Below are positions 48,897-61,106 of a stretch of DNA of 64,000 nucleotides, one piece after another. A program made the translations under genes and the position numbers. Source of the stretch: Pristiophorus japonicus. Taxonomy: Eukaryota. Every line of letters starts with the position of its first letter. Positions within the stretch are counted from its first letter, which is position 1. The notes below the pieces were generated by a model. The model worked only from the letters and a program-made list of their open reading frames with translations, did no database searches and was not told where the DNA came from. The DNA lies in the NCBI RefSeq assembly GCF_044704955.1, contig NC_092003.1:4216001-4280000 (forward strand), written 5' to 3'.

Positions 48897-49243
48897 ACAT
48901 AAGAACATCAGAAATAGGAACAGGAGTAGGCCATTCGACTCCTCGAGTCTGCTCAGTCATTCAATAAGAGCGTGGCCGATCTTCTACCTCAACTCCACTT
49001 GCTTCACTATCCCCATATCCCTTGATTCCCTTAATATTCAAAAATCTATCGATCTCTGTCTTGAATATATACTCAACGACTGAACCTCCACAGCCCTCTG
49101 GGGTGGAGAATTCCAAAGATTCACCACCGTCTGAGTGAAGAAATTTCTCTTCATCTCAGTCTTAAATGGCCGACCCCTTATTCAGAGACTGTGACCCCTG
49201 GTTCTAGACTCCCCAGCCAGGGGGAAACATCTTCCCTGCATCT
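48897..49243 (-). mobile_element. CR1 LINE 3' fragment
   Basis: Sibling of 13660-13990. Confidence 0.85.
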
Positions 49244-49351
49244 GGTTGAGTCGTGAACTCCGGTAATGCATTCATTCCATAACCTCAGAGACACCTTTGT
49301 TTTAACCCTCTGTTCTCAATCTGTTGCATTCAACCTGGTCTCTATAGGTGG

Positions 49352-49690
49352 AAACGTTACAAGGAGACCCTCAAAGCATCTCTGATAAAGTGCAACATTC
49401 CCACTGACACCTGGGAGACCTTGGCCAAAGACCGCCCTAAGTGGAGGAAGCGCATCCGGAAGGGCGCTGACCTCCTCGAGTCTCGTCGCCGAGAGCATGC
49501 AGAAATCAAGTGCAGGCAGCAGAACGAGCGCGCGGCAAACCAGTCCCACCCACCCTTTCCCTGAACGACTATCTGCCCCACCTGTGACGGAGACTGTGGC
49601 TCTCGTATTGAACTGTACATCCACCTGAGAACTCACGTTAAGAGTGGAAGCAAGTCTTCCTCGATTCCGAGCAACTGCCGATGATGACGA
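49352..49690 (+). mobile_element. RTE LINE 3' fragment
   Basis: TLKASLIKCNIPTDTWETLA...CPTCD; GTGGAAGCAAGTCTTCCTCG...GATGATGA tail. Confidence 0.88.
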
Positions 49691-51039
49691 ATTTCAATAA
49701 ATTGAAATAGCCTAATGACCCCCACTATCGAGGCTCTATTTGCATTTGGTTTATTCTGTCTCCATTAATGTGTTCATTGTGTTGTGTTGTAACGGCCCTA
49801 ACTTATGAAGTGGACGCGTGTGTGTGTGTATTAAAATGTAGGGCCTGAAATCTCTGTGCACTGAAGAGGTAACTGAAGAGGTGTGAGGGGAAAGTGTTGG
49901 TGCTGAGCTCATTTCTTTTGAAGAATGGCTGCTTGTGTGAGGTTCCAGAGGGTGGCTGATGAACAGGAGCCTAGAATAGGTCAACACCTTTCAAGCAGGA
50001 AGAGAGAAACTTGAGGAATAAAAACACACTGTGAAGCCTTCCAAAAAAAAAAGTCCTTCAATTTTGTGATCGTGATGTCATCTGAAATGTTTGATTGGAT
50101 TACTACCTTGTAATCACACCCAGGTATCCATTATTTTGCATATAGTTTTTAGCAGTACCCTCGTGAATTATGGAATTAAGCCACCTGGCAGTAAAATTAT
50201 CATCAGCTACTGTTGGATAAATAAATATCGCTGCAGCAATAATACTGCAGATTTTTGCAGTGGTAATGGCATAATGAAGGGGTTGGGAAAGAATTATGTG
50301 GCTGGATCTCTCGCTCACATTTCGGCATTTATTGATCAGGGGGCTGTAAATCTTTCGCTTATGATAGAAAGTCGTTGGTTCAACCCAAGACAAATTTGAA
50401 TCATAAAATATATATACCTTAGTGACCCCACACTTTAAGGAGATGAAAGGGAGGACAATTTGACCATACTATAGCCATTAGCTAACTCAATATTCGACTT
50501 TTGCTTTTTTAAGTCTTTAGTTTTTAGTTTGGCTTATGGAATATATTATAATGTTGCCAATTGAGTCATGATATAATGTGAGCTTTTAGAAAAATATGTG
50601 TATATTACACCCTGCAAAATAATACAGCTATAATTTAATTCACACAGCTAACAGTGCAGTTGACCTCCAGCCATTGAATTCATGACATCAATCTGCAAAC
50701 AACATAAATCTGTTATAAAATTGAAAGGAGTATATTCAGGCTTTAAAGTGTTGCAGTATTAGAATGTTAACAAGAATCCTATTATTTGTGGAAGTTGACA
50801 GATTTGCTGCTAGAAATTTTAGCTGAGGGACTTTACTGTAAAAGAAACTGTTCGACACGCACCACTGAGTGGCAGTGATGTGCTTCTGTTTTTCCACTTC
50901 ACACTTCATTATGTGGCAAGGTACCAGTCTCGGGCATAATGTTCTGAGTCTTTGAGTGGATACTTGGTGTACCTCTCCCCTGCGAAGGAACGGGAGTGGA
51001 GTGGGGAGGGGTGATGAAATGGTGAGTGAATTACTTTCT

Positions 51040-51455
51040 ACAGCGGTGGCTCAGTGGGTAGCACACTCGCCTCTGAGTCATGGGTTCAAGTCCCACTCCA
51101 TGAAATTGAGCACATAAATCTCGGCTGACACTCCAGTGCAGTGCTGAGGGAGCGCCACACTGTTGTTGGTGCCGTCTTTCGGATGAGACGTCCGCCCTCT
51201 CAGGTGGACGTAAAAGATCCCATGGCACTATTTCGAAGAAGAGCAGGGAAGTTATCTCTGATGTCCTGGGGCCAATACCTACCCCTCAATCAACATATCA
51301 AAATCAGATTATCTGGTCATTATCACTTTGCTGCTTGTGGGTTGCCATATTTCCCAAATTACAACAGTGACTACACTCCAAAAGTACTTCATTGGCTGTA
51401 AAGCGCTTTGGGACGTCCGGTGGTCGTGAAAGGTGCTGTATAAATCCAAGTCTTA
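51040..51455 (+). mobile_element. Deu-domain SINE
   Basis: Head GGTGGCTCAGTGGGTAGCAC...GGTTCAAGTCCC, core and tail. Confidence 0.88.
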
Positions 51456-51639
51456 TTTCGCTTATATTTTTTACAAATGGATGAACGGCCTAGAAAGGAC
51501 TAAGAGAAGCAAAAGTTGACATAAGTAAAAATTGTTCAGGAAACGAGTTCAGGGAATACAAAAACAAAACATGAGCTCCACACGTTACACTGTTCTACAC
51601 GAGCCGCCTTCATCTCAACCAATCAACATATCCTGCACG

Positions 51640-51827
51640 AAAGTAAAATACTGCGGATGCCGGAAATCTGAAATAAAAAGGGAAAATGCTGGAAATACTC
51701 AGCTGGTTAGGCAGCATCTGTGGAGAGAGAACGAGACTATATGTTTCAGGCCGATGTTAACTCTGTTTCTCTCTCGACAGATGCTGCCTGACCTGCTGAG
51801 TATTTCCAGCATTTCCTCTTTTTATTT
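51640..51827. mobile_element. Penelope-like inverted terminal pair (fold-back, ~65-bp arms)
   Basis: AAATAAAAAGGGAAAATGCTGGAAATACTCAGC...GCTGAGTATTTCCAGCATTTCCTCTTTTTATTT. Confidence 0.75.
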
Positions 51828-51844
51828 ACGTTTAGGGTGTTGGT

Positions 51845-52557
51845 GATCAGAGGGACCTGGGTGTGCTTGTTCACGAATAACTGAAAGTTAACATGCAGAT
51901 ACAGCAAGCAATTAAGAAAGCCAATGGTATATTGCCTTTATTACAAGAGGATTTGAGTACAAGAGTAAAGATGTCTCACTGCAATTATATGGGGCCCTGG
52001 TGAGACCGCTCCTGGAGTACGGTGTACAGTTTTGGTCTCCTTATGTAAAGAAGGATATACTTGCCATAGAGAGAGTGCAACAAAGGTTCACCAGAGTGAT
52101 TCCTGGGATGGGGGGGATTGTCCTCTGAGGAGAGATTGAGCAGACTGGGCCGATATTCTCTCGAGTTTAGAAGAATGAGAGGTGATCTCATTGAAACATA
52201 CAAAATTCTTCCAGGGCTTGACAGGGTAGACGCAGGGAGGATGGTTTCCCCCGGGCTGGGGAGTCTCGAACCAGGGGTCACAATCTCAGAATAAGGGGTC
52301 TGCCATTTAGGACTGAGATAAGGAGGAATGTCAGAGGGTGGTGAATCTTTGGAATTCTCTGCCCCAGAGGGCTGTGGAGGCTCAGTCTTTGAGTATATTC
52401 AAGACAGAGAGCGATAGATTTTTGGATATTAAGGGAATCAAGGGATATGGTGATCGGATAGGAAAGTGGAGTTGAGATCAGCCATGATCTTATTGAATGG
52501 TGGAGCAGGCTCGAGGGGCCGAGTGGCCTGCTCCTGCTCCTAATTCTTATGTTCTTA
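51845..52557 (+). mobile_element. CR1 LINE 3' fragment
   Basis: QRDLGVLV...LYGALVRPLLEYGVQFWSP...RMRGDLIETYKIL; TTCTTATGTTCTTA tail. Confidence 0.9.
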
Positions 52558-52699
52558 AATACTTTCCCTCTAGCTTGTGCAATTTAAGGGAATATTTGTG
52601 GAGAGTCCTGACTCCGTAGGGTGAAGAATTTATTTTCCTTTAGTTGAGAGTGTTAGGGCAGTAGTATTAGTCGATGAGTTCCCCATTACCAGCTTTGTT

Positions 52700-53045
52700 G
52701 ATAACCTGGTGGGTCAAGATACTAGACTCTACAGGTTTAGTCCCCTTTCTGTGCTCAGTTCGCTGTTTTCAGCCAGGGTGCTAGTAGGTCTCTGATAGGT
52801 GTGGGTACCTCTCGGCTAGGGCATGGAAAGACCATCCCGGACTTTAATTCCTGATTACTATGCTGCTGGAAAATGATATGGGAAACTACATTCGCCTGGG
52901 CTGCGATGCCCTCTGTGGAATAGTCTGCTGACGCTCACCATCTAGGCTCGTGTATGAACAACTTGGGTGAGGTACCTGAGTTTTGCTGGCCCCTGTGGAA
53001 TTGCACTCCAGTACGAGTCGCCACCTTCAAGAAAGTAAGGAAGAA
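52700..53045 (+). mobile_element. Old unclassified SINE-like repeat
   Basis: Weak reverse-complement similarity to 22360-23062 and 39330-39625. Confidence 0.35.
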
Positions 53046-53129
53046 GATTTGGAGGGGTAAACAAGATTGTGGTCATGCAGCTTTACTGTAGAGTTGTGTG
53101 TTTACCAACTAGTACTTTTATAATATAAA

Positions 53130-53431
53130 TCCCATTACCATCTCCTTTTGCCATTGCACCATCATCCCTTTTGTCTCTCAATTCTCCTCCCTTCCACCCT
53201 ATCACAGACTTGCTTTTGTTCTTTTTCTCCTCTCCCCGCTTTCCCTGTCCCTACACTTGCCTAAAATCCTCTTACATCTCTTAAGTTTTTCCAGTTCTGA
53301 CAAAGGGTCATTGACCTGAAACGTTAACTCTGTTTCTCGCTCCACAGATGCTGCCTGACTTGCTGCGTGTTTCCAGCATTTTCTGTTTTTATTTCCGATT
53401 CCAGCGTCCCCAGTATTTTTGCTTTTGTATT
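53130..53431 (+). mobile_element. Penelope-like element terminal fragment with hammerhead relic
   Basis: Pyrimidine-rich tail with AGTT-CTGACAA-stem II-GAAACGTT-AACT at 53293-53329. Confidence 0.75.
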
Positions 53432-54106
53432 CGTACTTCTATAATCTTTCTCTGGTGAGAGCAGTGGTATTCTACCTTATTATTTAATCCCCTAAGCTTG
53501 CTAACTCATAAGTGGCAAAATCGAAGAGCGGGTGATGAAGGACTTTCTCACTTGGATGGGATTAAATTGGATGATTCTCCAATTCCGTGATTCTCCGTCT
53601 TCCATTTCCGCTAGCGAAACACTCGGGACGTTAATGGACGTTAGGATGTGTGATGAAGGAGGGGTCTGAGCATATAATCTGGAAAGTAATCTTCTTATTT
53701 TACACTGGCCAGTTTGTAGGATAGAAGTCGATAGTGATGAATGAGTTGAGCCGTAATTGAGCTGAGCTGGTATGGTGCTGTCCGGCTTGTGTGGCTTGCT
53801 CTGCCGATGCAATTATATAGTTCATACAGACTTTTCATTCATCTGCAGCGTGCTCAACTTACTGTTATATAAAGGTTGGAAATAAAATGTTGATGTATGT
53901 CCTCCTGTAAGGATGTAACAGTTAGTCTTGGTCCCCAATCCATCACATGGACATTTTACACTGCTGAGCTAAGTTTTTTTTTTATGATCTTCAGAAATGA
54001 ACTTCAGGTTCAAACAGCTTTAATCCCTTAGAGTGACTGGGGTTGTAGGTTTTGACATCACAGATAGATGTCCAAGAAAAAGTTTAAGTATTAAGCCTAA
54101 AGGTCT

Positions 54107-54790
54107 TAAGAACATATGAAATAGGAGCAGGAGTAGGTCCGACAGCCCCTCGAGCCTGCTCCGCTATTCAATCAGATCATGGCTGATCTTCAACCTCAAC
54201 TCCACTTTCCTGCCCAATCTCCATATCCCTTGATTCCCCGAAACTCCAAAAATCTATCTATCTCAGCGTTGAATATATTCAGAGACTCAGCATCCACAGC
54301 CCTCTGGGGCAGAGAATTCTCAAAAAAGTCTTCCTCATCTGTGTCTTAAATGGCTGACCTCTTATCCTGAGACTGTGCCCCTTGGTTCTAGTCTCTCCAG
54401 CCAGGGGGGAAACAACCTCTCAGCATCTATCCTGTCAATCCCCTTGAGAATCTTGTATGTTTCAATGAGATCACCTCCCATTCTTCTAAACTCCAGAGAG
54501 TATAGACCCATTCTACACAATGTCTCATCATAAGACAGCCTTCTCATCCCTGGAATCAATCTAGTGAACTTTTGTTGCATCACAAGTATATCCTTCCTTA
54601 TAAAAGGAGACCAAGACTGTGCACAGCACTCCAGGTGTGGTCTCACCAAGGCCCTGTACAATTGTAGCAAGATTTCCTTACACTTATACACCAGCCCCTT
54701 TGCAATAAACATGCCACATGCCTTCCTTATTGCTTGCTGTACCTGCATGATAACTCTCTGTGTTTCTTGCATGAGGACATCCAATCTCTC
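54107..54790 (-). mobile_element. CR1 LINE 3' fragment
   Basis: ORF 54362-54784: LYRALVRPHLECCAQSWSP...YSLEFRRMGGDLIETYKIL. Confidence 0.9.
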
Positions 54791-55188
54791 TGAACACCGA
54801 CTTTTAAAAGTCTCCTAAAAGATTTGTTATAGCGCATGCGTTCCAGTAGTTTCTTTTCGTAAAGTTTAAACACATACGTTTTTCTTTTTGAAAGTTGCCT
54901 TCTCGTCTCCTGAAGGCAGCAACTCATACCGGTATGCAGTTCCACAGGCGTTAGCAACCTTCTAGTACTTCATCTAAGGGGTTATTTTTCTCGTGTGAGG
55001 CTATACAGTAATTGTTGGCAAGCTTTTTGACTGTGAGGGGTACCACAGGCAATTCAGATGTCGCCCTCACTCAAAACGTACTTGGTTGGTGACCAGTAGT
55101 AGGTGCGCAGGCATTGCTTCCACTCTACCTCGGGGGACGTTAATTGTAGCACCCCACTGCTATCCTGGTGGAGATGAACTAACTCACA

Positions 55189-55545
55189 AAAGCAACGTGC
55201 ATTTATATAGCGCCCTTAACGTAGTAAAACATCCCAAGGTGCTTCACCCGAACGTTATAAAACATCACTTGACACCGAGCCTCATAGGGAGATATTAGGG
55301 CAGATGAAGAGGTAGGTTTTAAGGAATGTCTTAAAGGAGGGGAGAGAGAGGCAGCAAGATTTAGGGAGGGAATTCCAGAGCTTGGGGCCCAGGCAGCTGA
55401 AGGCACAGCCGCCAATGAGAGGGGCGATGAAAATCGGGGATGCTCAAGAGGGTAGATTTAGAGGAGCGCAGACATCTCGGAGGGTTGTGGGGCTGGAGGA
55501 GACTATGGAGATGGGAAGGGGCGAGGCCATGGAGGGATCTGAACA
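55189..55545 (-). mobile_element. L2-clade LINE, 3' fragment
   Basis: Same family and tail on the reverse strand. Confidence 0.82.
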
Positions 55546-56365
55546 TAAAAAAGAATTTTAAACACAAAAACAAACCAGCATTGAACCTGGTACCTTTCTA
55601 GTTTGTATTATTCATTACTACATCACGCATGAATTTACTTGCTGAGCCATATCCTTGAACATTGATTTAACCCAGTCCCACTCTACAAACATGTACGACC
55701 TGACCATTCAACAAATTCCCTTCCAAATAGTCTCCGCGTGGATCGTTCCCACCTGCCAGTCAAAGAGGGAAGGACACAGAAGAGTGAAAAACTTTGGGCC
55801 GCTCTTGCCTCTCTCCAAGAGCTTAGTTCTTGAATACCATTGGCAGAAGAATGGCAGCGCGTGCACTAAATTGCAATAAAAAGATGATTGCACATCAAAC
55901 CTTGTTATATAAGGCTGTTCTGTGCTGATAGTGTGCCACTGCCACCTTATCGACAGAAAAAAAAATCATATCCTATGCTTTGACATCTAGGACCTGACTT
56001 TTCTGGATCCTTGTGTGCAGCTTTAGGAGGCAGCAGAAAATGGAGTTCTTTCCAGTTGGCTCTCCACTTGTGACTGCTGACAAGCTGCTAAAGAGGGAGA
56101 GCAGTGCTGGGAGGTCAGCAGTCCCTCCATAAGCACCATTCCGTAGCGCTCCAAGATCAATATAAAAATGCTTTACATGGAGTTAGCTGGCTTTTCATAT
56201 ATTCCACCGACCCAGATGGAGAGCAGTGTGAATAAGTTTGCAGTAGAATCTTGTTTCGTCATGTTATAAAACTCATTAACCGACTGTGTACTAAAAGGCT
56301 TTCTCCTTTTCTTCGTGCCCTGACACAAGAATGCAAGAGATATAGACAAACCTTTTGAGAACAAG

Positions 56366-56720
56366 GGGCCGAATTTGGTGCGGCCTGCACCCACAGCCGC
56401 CGAGGATCCGCTGGAAATGTATGTTTTCTGGGCGATTCCTCCGGAACCGCCCATCTGCCGTCCAGGTTCCGCCCGGCGCGAGATTGGTTGCGGAGGGATC
56501 CACTGGCGTGACGTCATGCCGCCCGTCCATGCCGGATGCTGCAAATCGGCCAGTTTGGTGAGGGATGCTGGCCTCAGATCTACCTGCCGCCCGCCAGAAA
56601 GACCGCTCGCAAAAAGCAGGTCTGACCTGGCCGTGAGACGGGCCCCGAGTGCTGCAGCGCTGCACATTACGGCTGTTGTGCAGACGCTCGACCGTCGGGA
56701 GTGGGACTGCTGGAAAAAAG
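56366..56720. mobile_element. Probable Harbinger-like MITE fragment
   Basis: Begins GGGGCCGAATTT, like the TIR at 21476; CpG-rich; right TIR not found. Confidence 0.35.
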
Positions 56721-57504
56721 TTAGCTGGATGTTGCTTTACTTTATTGCTGATGGTCATGTTTAATTTGGATGTGATAAAAGCGACTGGAATGTGTCTAGG
56801 CTGATGGAAATTTTTTTCTTTGACCTTGCTGAAAGACCTTCATTGAGAAGCCCAAAGGCGAAGGCAAAATAATTATGAATAAGTGAAAAGTCACATTTTG
56901 GCCATCCAAGCTAATTAGTTAATTCTGTGACACAGTCCTTCAAGAAGTTCTCAGGAAAGCACTACATATCACATAGAGGGTGAGGGGGTTAGGGTTAGAA
57001 TGATCTATTGTAAGCCTGAGACAGCTGCAGACTCTGACAACATTTGTATGGGAGGAAAAGGGTATAAAGTTACAGCTATTTGACTTTAGGGGCAGCACGA
57101 TTACAGACCAAACTGAGGAAAGACTACGGTCAATAGAACACAGCAAGTGACAAGTGCTGCAGTTTCTCAGTGGCCGACCGTTCAGGTTTCAACGACTAGA
57201 CTGTCACGATCGCCTTGTTAATGTGTCTTTCTTTGTACTGCAAGGAAACGACTTCATAAAATCTGTTCTGATTCGTCACAAAAGACCTGTACCCAGCGTG
57301 CCTTGTGGTAACAGACATAAGTCTATTCTGAGAGATGTAATTAATCTGACACATCGAATAACCCTCACAGCACATAAAGCGTGTTGCGATGGGCTGATGA
57401 CCGTACCAATTATACAGTGCAATCATATGTGGATGGGAAGATATTCCTTATAAAGCAGATGTCCTGAGGGACAGATGTGTGTTTCTCACAAAGCATCACA
57501 CATG

Positions 57505-57753
57505 GTGTGTAAAATAGGAGGTGGGTGGGGTGGCTTGACCCATCCACCTCCACGGAGGTGGGTGGGGGGCACACACCCACCTCCATGGCACGAACCTGGT
57601 ATTGCAGTACTTCCAGGAACGGTGCAGTGGCTCTAGGCCTTTTGGCTAAGAGCATTGGCGCAGAGTGATCCTTGACAGGTGCAGGGTGACCTCTGGCGTT
57701 TGTGATTTGACAAAGAATTGGAAAGATTGGCAACGAATAAATTTTTTTAAAAA
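57505..57753 (+). mobile_element. U2 snRNA-derived retroposon with permuted modules
   Basis: 57594-57626 ACCTGGTATTGCAGTAC(T)TCCAGGAACGGTGCA = U2 3' stem-loop IV; 57636-57651 GGCCTTTTGGCTAAGA = U2 5' stem-loop I; AATAAA and short A-tail; exact 10-bp TSD atcacacatg (57495-57504, 57754-57763). Confidence 0.85.
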
Positions 57754-57799
57754 ATCACACATGATTTTAAAATCAGACACTCACCGAGAGAGAGTCAAC

Positions 57800-58790
57800 A
57801 ATGTGAGTGTATTTGCAACAAAGTTACATAACATTACATTTACAAACATTTACACCACCAACACCCACCGCTCTACCTGGCACCATCACCTCTCTTTCCG
57901 CCCCACCCCACCCCCGCCCCGAAACAATGCGCAAGCCTCTTCCTTGCCCCGCCTACACCATTGCATGCCGCTCCCCTGCCCCTCACTGCTTCTGGTTGAC
58001 AAGGTTGCGCAGGAGGGCAGCGAGATGTCTGCAGACGTGTGCGTCTTGGTGAGAAGGCAGGGGGCGTGACCAAAGGCGCCGGGATCTCTTGCTCCTCCTT
58101 AGCTGTCTGCCTTGAGGGTGTGGGCTCGAGGGCTTGCACTACGCGTCCCGAAGCCACCTCTTGCCTTATTGCCTCAACGGTCTTGGTTGTGCGCTGCAAC
58201 GCAGTAATTGTCCACACTGTCATCGTGCTGCTGGGTGACGGTGGCGATGCTGTCAGCGATCCTAGCCATGGTCTGGAGCATATCGCGACCTATCTGCACG
58301 CTCATCCGTGATAGCTGGACCATCTCCTGAATTGCAGAGAGCGGTGCTGCATCCTCAGGTAGTTGCTCGCTTCTGGTGGGTTCTGGCAACTTGTTTGCCT
58401 TTGTGCCACGGCCTCTGCTCTTGGTGGAGCTTGCCAGTGCGGAGTCCGTTCCAAACCCCAGAGCCCGACGTCGAGGTTCTGTGGACAGATGGCAGGAGGC
58501 TGCTGTCATCCTGTTCCGGCTCCTCGCGCTCAAGGGCCACAAAGTCTGGCCCTTCTCTCTCCTCTCTCTCCGTTGCTCTGGGTGGGAAAGGTGGAAATGG
58601 ATTATCGGGAGGGGGGAAGGATCCGTTGTCTTGAGCTGGGGGCAACATCGGGGTGGGAGACGTTTGGGTCTGACGGCTTCTCTGAAGGCCAGAGGTCGAT
58701 GGTGAGCCTTGATCCGTGCTGTCAGAGTCATCACCTGCACGTAGAGGACAACATTTCAATCGAGGTGGGGGGGGCGGGCGGGCGGTGCTG
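57800..58790 (-). mobile_element. Probable relic of a Harbinger-type accessory (Myb/SANT-like) gene, last exon
   Basis: Acceptor TCCTCTACGTGCAG|G near 58735; acidic/proline-rich low-complexity ORF followed by amphipathic helical MVQLSRMSVQIGRDMLQTMARIADSIATV...; frameshifted; the SANT domain itself is not seen. Confidence 0.4.
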
Positions 58791-59160
58791 GTCAAGCTGA
58801 GATGTGAACCATGCCATCTCACATTCCGCCAGCAAGGAGTTACATCTCTACATGGACACACTAATACTGGGCAACAAAGTGTGCTATCCATTAGGAAACA
58901 GTAGAAAGGAAAAACTGAAGTTTTGGAGCTGGGGGTGGTGAGCACACTGGGGAAGAAAATCATAGATGTTTCCTTGATGCTTTCCTCAGTGGTGTTACTT
59001 GCGATTTGATTTGTTTCTCAGCTCAGCCACAGGTTGAATGTGGCTCACTGGGGAGCACAATTGTTTATTTATGAGGTGAGGGATGTTCAATGTAGCACTG
59101 ATTGCATCAGATTTGAAATCATCTAGTTTAGTGAATTGGGATTATAATTAAGTATAAGTG

Positions 59161-59413
59161 GGTCATGTCTGTAAAGTCCTTACTCAATGGCACAAAACCC
59201 ACACGAGGCACATTCTATGGACAAGATCACTCTATGACTTGAACCTTTATTCACAGGACCAAGAAGTGATGACCCTGTGTGGGACCTCCCTTTATATACC
59301 TGGATGACCAGGTAAGGAGTGTCTCCCACAAGTTCACCCCTGTGGTCAAGGTGTGCATTGCTTAAGTATATACAGTATTGCAGTGGTGTTGCATAGAGGT
59401 TACATACATGACA
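59161..59413 (-). mobile_element. Solo LTR, Gypsy-type
   Basis: Reverse strand starts TGTCATGTATGTAAC, has TATATAAA and AATAAA, ends AGACATGACC; TSD not evident. Confidence 0.7.
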
Positions 59414-60219
59414 ATATCAGTGAATACAGAGGAGGAGGTGGTCCGTGTAATGGTGCATTTACCTTATAGTGCTGTTTCGTCGAATCGTAGCAAAATTTAC
59501 GGCACAGAAGGAGGCCATGCAGCCCATCGTGTCCGTGCCTTGTGGCAGTCCTGACTTTGGCAGTAGTGCTGTAAGCTGAACGAGGTGGCACTGTTGCGTT
59601 TGGTGTTTGTAAAGGTATCTTTCCACGGTGCCTCCAGAGGCAATGGCATCAGAGCAGTAATGTAAACACTGGCCTCTGACAGGGTGCTGCTTACCATTTC
59701 TCTCCGGCTGTAAATGGACTGAGCACTTGGACCACCTGCAAAGACCGACAATGTGGCTTCTGCAATTCTGGCCTTTCCCAGCCACTGGGGAAAATTAGAA
59801 CTTCAGTCACAAATTGCACCTTTTTTATTTTGTTTTGTAGCCGGTGCTTTACAATCTACCTCACTGTACAAAGGCTATAATTTCAAATTGCTCTTTGAAA
59901 ATAGAAAGCGGACGTGAAAGGAATTATTTAACAGGAACTTGTTTGTACGTTTTTTCTCTCTCTATCTCTAGAGTTTCGAGTATTTCATGCTTTTTAGAAC
60001 GATTTTCATTTAAACAGCAAGTTAATGAGATCAGTGGAACTAACTTCAGTGACTTTGCTGAGTTTGATTGTGTGACAGGACAGCAGGAACTGAACCACTA
60101 TAACATTAATGTGAACTTAATGACGGTCTCGTTCTCGCTACTGACAATTTAGTTGCTTTGCACTGTGTCTCTCAGAGCTCCTAAAAGTCTGTTCTCCCAG
60201 TGACATTATTAGCATTCAT

Positions 60220-60612
60220 CAACAACAACTTGTATTTATATAGCGCCTTTAATGCAGTGAAACGTCCCAAGGCGCTTCACAGGAGTATTATGCGATTAAA
60301 AATTTGACACCGAGCCGCATAAGTAGAAATAAACGCAGGTGACCGAAAGCTTGGTCAAAAGAGGTTGGTTTTAAGGAGCGTCTTGAAGGTGGAAAGAGAG
60401 GCGGAGAGGTTTAGGGAGGGAGTTCTAGAGCTTGGGGCCCAGGCAACAGAAGGCACGGCCACCGATGGTTGAGCGATTAGAATCAGAGATGCTCAGGAGG
60501 GCAGAATTAGAGGAGGGCAGACATCTGGGCGGGGGGGTTGTGGGGCAGGAGGAGATTACAGAGATAGGGAGAGGCAAGGCCATGGAGGGATTTGTAAACA
60601 AGGATGAGAATT
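60220..60612 (-). mobile_element. L2-clade LINE, 3' fragment
   Basis: Sibling of 145-550. Confidence 0.85.
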
Positions 60613-60950
60613 CACTGTTGAACCAAAAATATTTAGTTGGCGGGAGGGGGGTGCTTTTTACAGAATTGTAGGTTCCAGGTCTCAGGAAAGCAACCGATGT
60701 GAATTGTGCTCCTGCATTTAGAGAGTGAACTTGCAGTTCCAGTCTCCATAGACAGACTATGACAACCCTCTTATTGTGTCCTTGCCATCGTCTGTTTTAT
60801 GACCAGCATATATCTATCCTAATCTGTGCCATGCCATTGTAACCTAAATTTCCTCTGTGTCCATTTACATGCGCATTTTGGCTGCTGCTGTGGATCGGCA
60901 TCCTTCACCAATGCCTCCCCTCCATTGTTCAGATGAATGGGACTGCCCTC

Positions 60951-61106
60951 CAATCTTCCCTCTAATTATTTTGTGGGTGCGCGTCTCTTTAACTGGCTGC
61001 GTGGCCCATTCAAAGTTTCGCACAAACGCGGTTTGTTGCATTGAAAAGACGGTGAGTGGCCTGAGCGGGATCTCCAGACTGGCCTTGCAGCTTAGCAGGA
61101 ACGTTG
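60951..61106. mobile_element. hAT-like MITE
   Basis: Imperfect TIRs CAATCTTCC / GGAACGTTG; exact 8-bp TSD ctgccctc. Confidence 0.8.

Noticed and set aside
57505-57753. Functional U2 snRNA gene
   Set aside because: Modules are out of order, the branch-point recognition sequence and Sm site are absent, and the unit has a TSD and polyadenylation signal.
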